Source: Candidatus Saccharimonadota bacterium (GTDB lineage Bacteria; Pseudomonadota; Gammaproteobacteria; Enterobacterales; Enterobacteriaceae). Taken from it: a stretch of 32,000 nucleotides of DNA. Each line of letters opens with the position of its first letter. Position 1 is the first letter of the stretch. Position numbers and translations under genes: made by a program. The notes below the pieces were generated by a model, which ran no database searches, had not been told where the DNA came from, and was given only the letters and a program-made list of their open reading frames with translations. Location: NCBI GenBank assembly GCA_049942775.1, contig CP188087.1, positions 180,001 through 212,000 of the forward strand, written 5' to 3'. Positions 19,457 through 27,943 of the stretch are shown in pieces.

Positions 19457-20698
19457 ATGAATGTTACTGAAATTAGAATACCAGACATAGGATTAGAATC
19501 TGTAGAAGTAACAGAAATTTTAGTGGATGTTGGAGATCAAATAAAGAAAGAAGATAGTTTATTAGTTGTAGAAGGACAAAAAACTTCTATGGAAATTCCT
19601 TCTCCAGTTTCTGGAGTAATAAATAAAATTAATGTAAATGTTGGTGATATAGTTAAAACTTCTACTTTAATTATGTTTATAGACATAGAATGTATTAATA
19701 ATAACAAAAAACAGCTAAAAGAAAAATATATTGATTTTTTTAATATATCTACCAGTAAAGATATTTTTTTAGAAAAAAAAAATACAATAGATAGTTCTGA
19801 AAAAAAAAGTTTATACGCTAGTCCAATAGTTCGTCGTTTAGCAAGAATTAATAATATTGATTTATCAAAGATTAAAGGAACTGGACCAAAAGGTAGAATT
19901 TTAAAATCGGATCTATCGAAAATTATTCTTAAAAAAGAAAAAAGTTTAATGAATTCAAAAGTAGATAGAGTAAAAAAAATAAATAATTTTAATTTTTCTA
20001 ATTCAAAGTTTAGTACAATTAAAATAAGCAAAATTCAGAAAAATATAAGTTTTAATTTATTAAATTCTTGGAAAAATATTCCTCATGTGACTCAATTTAA
20101 TGAAGTGGATGTTACAGAATTAGAAAATTTTAGAAAAAAATATAATTTTAGTTCAAAAAATAAAGAAACTAAAATAACAATTTTATCTTTTATTGTTAAA
20201 TCTTTATTTATTTCATTAAAAAAATTTCCATTGTTAAATAGTTCTATATCAGATGATAAAAATCATATTATTTTAAAAAATCAAATAAATATTGGAATTG
20301 CTGTAGATACTGATAATGGATTAGTAGTTCCTGTATTGAAGAACTTAAAAAATAAAAATATTATAGAAATATCAAAAAAGATAGTTAGTTTTTCAAATCA
20401 AGCTAAATTAGGAAAACTATTGTTTTCTGATCTGCAAGATGGAACTTTTACGATAACTAGTTTAGGAAGCATAGGTGGAACAGCGTTTACTCCAATTATA
20501 AATCCTCCAGAAGTTGGAATTCTAGGTATATCTAAATGTGTTGTGAAACCGATTTGGAATAACAATAAATTTATTCCTAGAATAATATTACCATTTTCTT
20601 TATCATATGACCATAGAATTATTAATGGTGTATATGCTTGTCGTTTTACTAATCTTGTTAAAAAAAATATAAATGATATTAGACTTTTATTAATGTAA
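19457..20698 (+). CDS. aceF: dihydrolipoamide acetyltransferase, PDH E2 (single lipoyl domain)
   Basis: The track ORF (19412..) begins inside aceE. I prefer the ATG at 19457, preceded by AGGA, which gives MNVTEIRIPDIG. The protein has one lipoyl domain (VVEGQKTSMEIPSP), an E3-binding domain (ASPIVRRLARINNIDLSKIKGTGPKGRILKSD) and a catalytic domain (LSYDHRIINGV). Confidence 0.9.
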   Translation: MNVTEIRIPDIGLESVEVTEILVDVGDQIKKEDSLLVVEGQKTSMEIPSPVSGVINKINVNVGDIVKTSTLIMFIDIECINNNKKQLKEKYIDFFNISTSKDIFLEKKNTIDSSEKKSLYASPIVRRLARINNIDLSKIKGTGPKGRILKSDLSKIILKKEKSLMNSKVDRVKKINNFNFSNSKFSTIKISKIQKNISFNLLNSWKNIPHVTQFNEVDVTELENFRKKYNFSSKNKETKITILSFIVKSLFISLKKFPLLNSSISDDKNHIILKNQINIGIAVDTDNGLVVPVLKNLKNKNIIEISKKIVSFSNQAKLGKLLFSDLQDGTFTITSLGSIGGTAFTPIINPPEVGILGISKCVVKPIWNNNKFIPRIILPFSLSYDHRIINGVYACRFTNLVKKNINDIRLLLM

Positions 20699-20770
20699 TA
20701 AAATTAAAGTTTGAAAAATTTATTTAATTTTTTAATTTCATTAATTTATTTTTCATTATTATATCAATCA

Positions 20771-20799
20771 TTGACAATAATGAATAATGTTTTTTTAAA
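20771..20799 (+). promoter_or_regulatory. candidate sigma70-type promoter for lpdA (TTGACA-N17-TTTAAA)
   Basis: A perfect -35 hexamer TTGACA sits at about 20771-20776, followed 17 nt later by TTTAAA, and the pair lies about 40 nt upstream of the lpdA AGGTGA Shine-Dalgarno sequence and ATG. E. coli lpd also has its own promoter. In DNA this AT-rich, -10-like hexamers are common by chance. Confidence 0.25.
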
Positions 20800-20838
20800 A
20801 TTTATTTTCAATTAATTTTAAGAAGTATAGGTGATTTA

Positions 20839-22247
20839 ATGTGTAAAAAAATTAATACAGAAGTTGTTGTAATAGGTTCAGGACCTGCTGGATATTCAGC
20901 TGCTTTTCGCTGTTCAGATTTAGGACTAAAAACCGTTTTAGTAGAACGTTATAGTAATTTAGGCGGGGTATGTTTAAATGTAGGGTGCATTCCTTCAAAA
21001 TCATTATTGGAAATCTCCAAAATTATTTCAAAGGCTAAAATTGCTAAAGAAAAAGGAGTTTTTTTTGAAGAACCTAAAATAAATTTATTAAATATTAATA
21101 AATGGAAAAATAATATAGTTAGTCGTTTATCTGATGGTTTATCTATAATGTCTAAAAAAAGAAATATTAAAGTCATACAAGGAATAGCTAGTTTTATATC
21201 AAAAAATTCTATTGAAGTCAGTAATTTAGACAAAAATACCATTATTAATTTTGATTATTCAATTATTGCTACTGGATCTAAACCCATAGATTTGTCTATT
21301 CTTTCTTTTTCTGATGATTCTAGAGTTTGGAATTCTACTAATGCATTGAATATTAAAGAAATTCCTAATCGTCTATTAATTGTTGGTGCTGGAGCAATTG
21401 GATTGGAGATGGCTACATTATATAGCTCTCTTGGTTCTAAAGTAGATGTTGTTGATACAAGTAATAAACTTTTTTCATTTTTAGACAACGATATCGTATC
21501 TGTTTTTAGAAATAGAGTTCAAAATAAATTTAATATTTTTTTAGAAACTGTTATTTCAGAAGTAAAATTTCAACTCGATGGAATAAAAGTTTTATTTTTG
21601 AATGAAAATAATTTACTTAAAAAAAATAAAGTATATGACAATATATTATTAGCAATTGGAAGACGACCAAATAGTGAAAATTTAAATTTAAAAAAAATTG
21701 GTGTAGATGTTGATGATATTGGTTTTATAAAAGTAAATGATCAAATGCAAACCACAATTTCCAATATATTTTCTATAGGAGATGTTACAGGTCATCCTAT
21801 GTTAGCGCATAAAGGAATGCATCAAGCACATATTGCTGCAGAAGTAATTTCAGGAAAACCTCATTTTTTTGACACTAAATTTATACGGATCCAGAAATAG
21901 GTTGGGTAGGTTTAAGCGAAAAAGAAGCTAAATCTTCTGGAATTGATTGTAAATCAGTCGTTTTACCATGGAATATTTTAGGAAAAGCGATACTTCAAGA
22001 TTCTGAATATGGGAAAACTAAATTAATTTTCGATAAGCATACTAATAAAATAGTAGGTGGCATTGTTATTGGAGTCAATGCAGGAGAATTATTAGGAGAA
22101 ATAGGATTATCTATTGAAATGGGTTGTGATGCTGAAGATATTTCTTTGACAATTCATTCTCATCCAACTATATATGAATCAATCGGATTATCTGCACAGA
22201 TGTTTAATGAAACAATAACTGATTTATTAATTTTGAATAAACAATAG
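20839..22247 (+). pseudogene. lpdA: dihydrolipoamide dehydrogenase (PDH E3) interrupted by an out-of-frame internal deletion
   Basis: Frame 1 (20839..21900, 353 aa) begins MCKKINTEVVVIGSGPAGYSAAFRCSDLGLKTVLVERYSNLGGVCLNVGCIPSK and is collinear with E. coli Lpd as far as ...GKPHFFDTKFI, after which it reads RIQK and stops. The -1 frame from about 21882 to 22247 reads YTDPEIGWVGLSEKEAK...LIFDKHTNKIVGGIVIGVNAGELLGEIGLSIEMGCDAEDISLTIHSHPTIYESIGLSAQMF, which is the Lpd C-terminal interface domain including the HxHPT active-site His. The conserved IPSIA segment between the two parts is missing. Confidence 0.85.
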
Positions 22248-22568
22248 ACGACTATTCTTTTTTTAATTGCTTTTAATGATTTTTTTTTCAAGTGTTTGTT
22301 TATTAATATTTATATTTATATTTTTTTGATAAAAATATATTTTTTTAAATATATGTTTTTTAAAAAAAAATTATTTTTTTATTTTTTTAGTTTTTATTAA
22401 AATTTAATATGTATTAAAAACAAACATTTTATATTTCTTAAATTTATATATTTTTTAGAATGTTTTTTTTATTTTATTTACATAAAAACTAGATACGGAT
22501 TTTTAATTTAAATTATTTAATTTCTATAAATATTAATTTTATTTGTTTAAATTTATTTAAAAAAATAT

Positions 22569-23260
22569 TTATTTAGTAATTTCTTTTAATATTGATGATA
22601 CTATTAAAAAAATAATTTTTCCTGATTTATTTATAAAATTTTTAAAATCAGATTTGCCGTTTTTATCAGATTTATCAGATATAATTTTAATTGTTATCAA
22701 TGGAATGTGTAGTACATGACATACATGAGCTACAGCAGCACATTCCATGTCAACTGCAATAGATTTTGGAAAATTTTTTTTTATTATTATTTTTTTTGTG
22801 TTTGTTGCAATAAATGTATCTCCGCTAATAATTAATCCTTCTAAAAAATTATATTTTTTTTTGTACATTACTGATTTTATTTGTTTATTATATAATTTTG
22901 TTGTTTTAAAAAAAATGGGACAGTTAGGTATTTGTCCAATGTTATAATTAAAAGTTCTTAAATCAACATCAAAATATCGTATTTTTGTTGCAATTGCTAA
23001 ATCTCCAGCATTTAATTTTTTAGTTAAAGAACCAGCAGTACCAATGTTTAAAATTAAATTTGGTTTAAATATATGAATTAGTAATGTTGTAGCAATTGAT
23101 GATGAAACTTTTCCAATATTAGATTTTAAGATTATAATTTGTATATTGTTAATTTTTCCTATATAAAATACATAATCATAAATTTTTTTTTTTTTACTTT
23201 TATATTTTTTTTTAAAAACTTTATTTCTTTTTCCATTGATCCAATAATTCCTATTTTCAT
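22569..23260 (-). pseudogene. mtn: 5'-methylthioadenosine/S-adenosylhomocysteine nucleosidase with a frameshift in poly(A) tracts (possibly rescued by slippage)
   Basis: The track ORF 22569..22868 (99 aa) is only the C-terminal part (LIISGDTFI...FPKSIAVDMECAAVAHVCHVLHIPLITIKIISD, compared with E. coli LIVSGDAFI...[33 protein letters not shown]). The same frame stays open upstream and reads ...IYDYVFYIGKINNIQIIILKSNIGKVSSSIATTLLIHIFKPNLILNIGTAGSL...DLAIATKIRYFDVD. The true N-terminus MKIGIIGSMEKEIKFL (E. coli MKIGIIGAMEEEVTLL), starting at the ATG at 23258-23260, is in a different frame. The frame change falls within 23181-23213. Confidence 0.8.
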
Positions 23261-23293
23261 TTTTTTTGTTCTTTATTTAGTTTTTTAAGTTAT

Positions 23294-23635
23294 TTAAATG
23301 TTAAAAGATGATCCACAGCTACAAGTGTTTTTAGCATTAGGATTAAAAACAACAAATTTAGATCCTTCTAAGTTTTCAGTAAAATCTATTTTTCCACCAG
23401 AAATATACTGTATGGTAATTGGATCTATAATTAATGAAACTCCTAATTGTTTAATTACTATATCTTCTTCATTGACTTGTGATTCAAAAATAAATTTATA
23501 TTGAAAACCTGAACAGCCTCCTCCAAGAATATAAATTCTCAATTTATTTTTTTTTTTGTTATTTTTTTTAATTAGTTCTTGTATTTTTACAGCTGCTTGT
23601 TTAGTAATATTGATTAAAATGTTTGTTTGTTTCAT
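23294..23635 (-). CDS. erpA: iron-sulfur cluster insertion protein ErpA (A-type carrier)
   Basis: The 113-aa ORF contains [27 protein letters not shown] and ends [26 protein letters not shown]. coli ErpA has [27 protein letters not shown] and ends [25 protein letters not shown]. Confidence 0.9.
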   Translation of the reverse strand: MKQTNILINITKQAAVKIQELIKKNNKKKNKLRIYILGGGCSGFQYKFIFESQVNEEDIVIKQLGVSLIIDPITIQYISGGKIDFTENLEGSKFVVFNPNAKNTCSCGSSFNI

Positions 23636-23740
23636 TTTTTTATTTTTTTAAATTAGTAAAATTTAGTAATTTTTAATAAGAATAAGAAATTTTTATTTGT
23701 TAATTTTTATATTTAAAAATAAAGACTTTTTTATAGAAAA

Positions 23741-24871
23741 TTATTTTCCTTTTTTTCTTAAAAAAGTAGGAATGTCTAAATAATTTAATGATTTGTTAAA
23801 ATTGAATTTAGTTTCATTTTTATTTTTTTCAAGATTTTTAAAATTTTTATACCTATAATTATTAATAAATATTTCTTTTTTGCTTTCTTCTTTTTGTATA
23901 TTGTCATTTTCTAATCCATACGTAGAAATTCCAGTAGCTACGACAGTAACTCTAAGTGAATCATTTATTTCTGGATCTAAAGAAGTTCCAATGACTACAG
24001 TTGCATTGTCCGAAGAAAAAGATCTAATTGTATTTCCAACAGCTTCAAATTCATCTAATCTTAAATCAAATCCTGCTGTTATATTTACTAATACTCCTTT
24101 AGCACCAGATAAATCTATATCTTCTAGTAAAGGACTGGAAATTGCAATTGAAGCTGCTTCTTCAGCTCTGTTTTCTCCCGAAGAAATTCCAGATCCCATC
24201 ATAGCGTATCCCATTTCTGACATGACTGTTCTAACGTCTGCAAAATCCACATTCATAAGACCTGGTCTAGTAATTAGTTCAGCAATTCCTTGAACAGCCC
24301 CTTTTAGAACATTGTTTGCTGCGCTGAAAGCATCAAGTAGAGAAATACCTCTGGACAATACTTTTAATAATTTATCATTTGGAATTGTTATTAGAGAATC
24401 AACGTTTTTAGATAATTCATTTAGTCCTAATTCAGCACAATCCATTCTTTTTTTTCCTTCAAAATGAAACGGTTTTGTTACAACAGCTACAGTTAAAATT
24501 CCTAGTTCTTTTGCGATTTCCGCTATTATTGGAGCAGCTCCAGTACCAGTTCCTCCTCCCATTCCAGCTGCTATAAATACCATATCTGAACCTTCTAAAC
24601 AGGATTGTATGGTTTCTTTATCTTCTTCTGCAGAGGTTCTACCTATTTCTGGATTAGCACCAGCTCCTAATCCTTTTGTAATATTATTTCCTATTTGAAT
24701 AGTTTGTGCTACTTCAATTTTTCTTAATGCTTGAGCATCTGTATTAATAGAAAAAAATTGCACTCCTTCAATTTTTTCTCGGATCATATATTCTACAGCG
24801 TTACCTCCTCCTCCTCCTACTCCAATTACTTTTATTACAGCATTACTGCTTTGTTCTACTGATTCAAACAT
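23741..24871 (-). CDS. ftsZ: cell division GTPase FtsZ
   Basis: The 376-aa ORF is near-identical to E. coli FtsZ over the globular domain. Matching blocks include [18 protein letters not shown] and [44 protein letters not shown]. It ends with the conserved C-terminal peptide [17 protein letters not shown] Shine-Dalgarno sequence lies upstream. Confidence 0.97.
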   Translation of the reverse strand: MFESVEQSSNAVIKVIGVGGGGGNAVEYMIREKIEGVQFFSINTDAQALRKIEVAQTIQIGNNITKGLGAGANPEIGRTSAEEDKETIQSCLEGSDMVFIAAGMGGGTGTGAAPIIAEIAKELGILTVAVVTKPFHFEGKKRMDCAELGLNELSKNVDSLITIPNDKLLKVLSRGISLLDAFSAANNVLKGAVQGIAELITRPGLMNVDFADVRTVMSEMGYAMMGSGISSGENRAEEAASIAISSPLLEDIDLSGAKGVLVNITAGFDLRLDEFEAVGNTIRSFSSDNATVVIGTSLDPEINDSLRVTVVATGISTYGLENDNIQKEESKKEIFINNYRYKNFKNLEKNKNETKFNFNKSLNYLDIPTFLRKKGK

Positions 24872-24923
24872 TTTTTTTCCTCATTTTAAAATAAATGTAA
24901 AATATTTAAAAACAATGATATTT

Positions 24924-26189
24924 TTAAAATTTTTTTTTTATCCAATTATTGATTTTTTTTAAATAAATAGAAAATATATTTTTTTTTTTTGGTATTGTTT
25001 CTTTTTTTATTTCTTCAATATATTTATTTTTTCCGAAATGTAATAATCCAATAGCTGTCGAATAATTTGGATCATTTATATTTTTTGTTGTTCCGGTAAT
25101 TTTTTTTGGAAATCCGATTCTTACTTTTTTATTGAAAATTTTTTCAGCACATTTGGATACATTTTTCATTTTGGAACTACCTCCAGTTAAAACAATTCCA
25201 GATAAAAGTTGGTATTTAGCTCCATTTCTTTTTAACTTGTTTTGTAAAGAAATAATTTTTTGATTTACCAATTCGAATAATTCTGAACAACGAGGTTCGA
25301 TGATTTCAGTTAATTTATTTTTTTTAATTTTCTTATTTTGCATTCCTGAAATGTCAGTGGTTAAAAATTTTTCAGTACTTTTTTTATTTAAGCTTATTGC
25401 TGTTCCATACAGAGTTTTTATATTTTCTGCATTTATTTGAGATGTAGAAAAGGCATATGAAATATCATTAGTAATTGTATTTCCTGCATATGGGATTACT
25501 TGACTATGTTTGAGAATTCCTGCTATATAAATTACTATATCCATAGTACCACCTCCAATATCAATTAAACATACTCCTAAATTTTTTTCTTCTTCAGTAA
25601 GAACAGCTTCGCTAGAAGCTAAACCTGAAAAAATTAATTGATCAACTTTTAATCCAAATTTTTCTATACATTTTATTAGATTTTGCTTTATTTTTTTATG
25701 ACAAGTAATTAAATGTACTTCAGCTTTCATTCTTATGCCAGATAAACCAATCGGATTTTTAATTCCAGTTTGTTGATCTATTTGATATTCTTGTGGTAAT
25801 ACGTGTAACATACAATGTTCGTTATATATTTGAACTGATTTTGCAATAAAAATTACATTTTTTATATCTTCTTTATTTACTTTTTCTTGAATTATAGGAA
25901 TAATTCCAATTTCATTTTGACAATTTATATCTTTACTTGACAAAGATAAATATACTGAAGAAATACGAGATTTGGACATAATCTCAGCTTGTTCAATAGA
26001 TTTTTGTATGCATTTTATTATTGATTCTAAATCGTTAACTGAACCATTATCAATTCCTTTAGATGAACAATTTCCTATTCCAATTATATTAATTAATCCA
26101 TCAGTCAATATTTCTCCTACTAAAGTAGTTACTTTTGTTGTTCCTATGTCAATTCCGAACACTAGTTTTTTTTTTGTTGTCGAAATCAT
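24924..26189 (-). CDS. ftsA: cell division protein FtsA
   Basis: The 421-aa ORF contains LVFGIDIGTTKVTTLVGE, VHLITCHKKIKQNLIKCIEKFGLKVDQLIFSGLASS, LGVCLIDIGGGTMDIVIY and a C-terminal amphipathic tail NNWIKKKF. E. coli FtsA has the corresponding blocks and ends NSWLRKEF. Confidence 0.93.
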   Translation of the reverse strand: MISTTKKKLVFGIDIGTTKVTTLVGEILTDGLINIIGIGNCSSKGIDNGSVNDLESIIKCIQKSIEQAEIMSKSRISSVYLSLSSKDINCQNEIGIIPIIQEKVNKEDIKNVIFIAKSVQIYNEHCMLHVLPQEYQIDQQTGIKNPIGLSGIRMKAEVHLITCHKKIKQNLIKCIEKFGLKVDQLIFSGLASSEAVLTEEEKNLGVCLIDIGGGTMDIVIYIAGILKHSQVIPYAGNTITNDISYAFSTSQINAENIKTLYGTAISLNKKSTEKFLTTDISGMQNKKIKKNKLTEIIEPRCSELFELVNQKIISLQNKLKRNGAKYQLLSGIVLTGGSSKMKNVSKCAEKIFNKKVRIGFPKKITGTTKNINDPNYSTAIGLLHFGKNKYIEEIKKETIPKKKNIFSIYLKKINNWIKKKF

Positions 26190-26472
26190 TATTTCTTAGC
26201 CTATTTCCATTTTTTAAATAATATTTTTTTACTAATATTTTTTTAATTTGAAGAAAAAAATTTTAATTTAATAAAATATTAGTATTTAAAAAACAATAAA
26301 AAATAAAAAAATAAATTTAATTTTTTATTAATTTAAATGTATAAGATTAAAAATCTGATTTTTTTTTATTTTTTTAAAATAGAAGAGTATTTTTTTATAT
26401 TTAAAAAATATAGTTTTTTTTCATTTTTTATATTAATTTTATTAAATTTTAAAATAAAAATTAAATATTTTT

Positions 26473-27426
26473 CTATATGATTTCAGAAACTCTTAGTATA
26501 GCACTTCTTGATCGAGGGTTTTTTTTAATTTCATTTTTACTCGGTGAAATTTTTTTTATATTTTTTAATCTGATCTTTTTTTGTTTTTTTAAATCATTTT
26601 CTAAAATAGATAATTTTTTAGGAATATTATTGTATGTAGAATTATTTAAAATAAATTTTTTTACTTGTTTATCTTCTAATGAATGAAAACTTATTATTAA
26701 AATTCTACTTTCTTTATTCATTATGTCTAATATGTTTTTTAAAGCTATGTCTAAATTTTCCAACTCTTGGTTTATATGTATTCTTATTGCTTGAAAACTT
26801 CTAGTTGCAGGATGTTTTTTTCTTTTTTTATTTAATGTTGGAATAGTTTTACAAATTAATTTTGATAGTTCATTAGTTCTAGTAATCATTTTTTTTTTAT
26901 TTTGTTTTTTTATTGCTTTTGCTATTTTTTTTGAATATCTTTCTTCACCATATTTTTTTAAAATAATATGGATTTTTTTTTCTTCTGCTTGTTTTAACCA
27001 CCTAGATGCAGAAACATAGTTTTTTTGATTCATTCTCATATCTAATGGACCATCGTTACTAAAAGAAAATCCACGATTTGGATTATCTAACTGTGGTGAT
27101 GAAATTCCTAAGTCAAATAATATCCCATCAATTTTTTTTTTTATTCCTAGATCAATTGCATAACTATAAATTTTTGAAAAATTTCCATTAATAAAATAAA
27201 ATCTAGGATCAGCTATTTTTTCTGCTTGTTTTTTAGTTTCTGGATCTTTGTCTATGGCATAGACCCTTCCATTTTTTCCTAATTTTTTCAAAATTTCTTT
27301 AGTATGCCCGCCATATCCAAAAGTTGCATCAATGTATATTCCATTTTTTTTTATCTTTAAATATTTAATGACTTCTTTTTTCATTACTGATGTATGAAAA
27401 TATTTTGTATCTTTTTTTTGGTTCAT
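26473..27426 (-). CDS. rsmH: 16S rRNA (cytosine1402-N4)-methyltransferase
   Basis: The 317-aa ORF contains HTSVMKKEV...GIYIDATFGYGGHTKEIL, IDGILFDLGISSPQLDNPNRGFSFSNDGPLDMRM, HPATRSFQAIRIHINQELE and ISFHSLEDKQVKKF. These match the E. coli RsmH/MraW blocks. Confidence 0.92.
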   Translation of the reverse strand: MNQKKDTKYFHTSVMKKEVIKYLKIKKNGIYIDATFGYGGHTKEILKKLGKNGRVYAIDKDPETKKQAEKIADPRFYFINGNFSKIYSYAIDLGIKKKIDGILFDLGISSPQLDNPNRGFSFSNDGPLDMRMNQKNYVSASRWLKQAEEKKIHIILKKYGEERYSKKIAKAIKKQNKKKMITRTNELSKLICKTIPTLNKKRKKHPATRSFQAIRIHINQELENLDIALKNILDIMNKESRILIISFHSLEDKQVKKFILNNSTYNNIPKKLSILENDLKKQKKIRLKNIKKISPSKNEIKKNPRSRSAILRVSEII

Positions 27427-27455
27427 TTTTTTATCGAAACATTTTTTATAAATAT

Positions 27456-27935
27456 TTATTTTAATTTTGTGACACTTATTATACCAGAACGAGTTAATTC
27501 TAATATGCTTGTTTTTTCTTCAATTAGTTTTAAAAATTTATTTATGTTTTCATGAGTTTCAGATAGTTGTATGATATTACAAATGTTTTTTTTTAGAACT
27601 ATTTTTCCTTGAAATGTTTTAATTATTTCTAATATTTCTTTTTTTTCTTTATTAATAATATTTATTTTAATTAAAATGATTTCTTTTTGTAAATGTTTAT
27701 TTTTCTTGATTTCAAAAACATTCAAAACGTTTATATTTTTCTGAAGTTGCTTTTCAATTTGTGCAATTACTTTTTCGTTTCCAATAGTTTGAACTGTCAT
27801 CTTTGATATTGAAGGATCTTCAGTAGGAGCTACATTAAGACTTTCTATATTGTAACCCCTTTGGGAAAACAGACCAACAACTCTTGATAATGAACCAGAT
27901 TCGTTTTCTAGTAAAATTGATAAAAATCTTTTCAT
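27456..27935 (-). CDS. ilvH: acetolactate synthase III small (regulatory) subunit
   Basis: The 159-aa ORF begins [50 protein letters not shown], compared with E. coli IlvH [50 protein letters not shown]. It starts 8 nt after the ilvI stop and is preceded by an AGGTAA Shine-Dalgarno sequence. Confidence 0.93.
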   Translation of the reverse strand: [159 protein letters not shown]

Positions 27936-27943
27936 TTTTTGAT

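Noticed and set aside
19537-20031. A 164-aa ORF lies antisense to aceF. Similar antisense ORFs in the track are 1239-1427, 3955-4179, 5199-5576, 5595-5780, 6396-6638, 7999-8310, 9494-9790, 11514-11723, 12702-13001, 13696-13878, 17391-17702, 20949-21242, 21255-21488, 22747-22947, 23298-23504, 23880-24293, 25972-26199, 26477-26686 and 28557-28850.
   Set aside because: Each lies entirely within a well-supported gene on the opposite strand. Their translations are low-complexity and Phe/Ile/Leu/Ser-rich, as expected from reading Lys/Asn/Ile-rich codons backwards, and I recognised no family motifs. They are shadow ORFs.
21871-21900. The lpdA break could be read as a programmed -1 ribosomal frameshift.
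   Set aside because: The required shift site (aaa ttt ata) is not an X XXY YYZ slippery heptamer in the zero frame. No downstream stem-loop or pseudoknot is evident. Even a -1 shift would yield a protein lacking the conserved IPSIA strand. A deletion or an assembly error is the simpler explanation.
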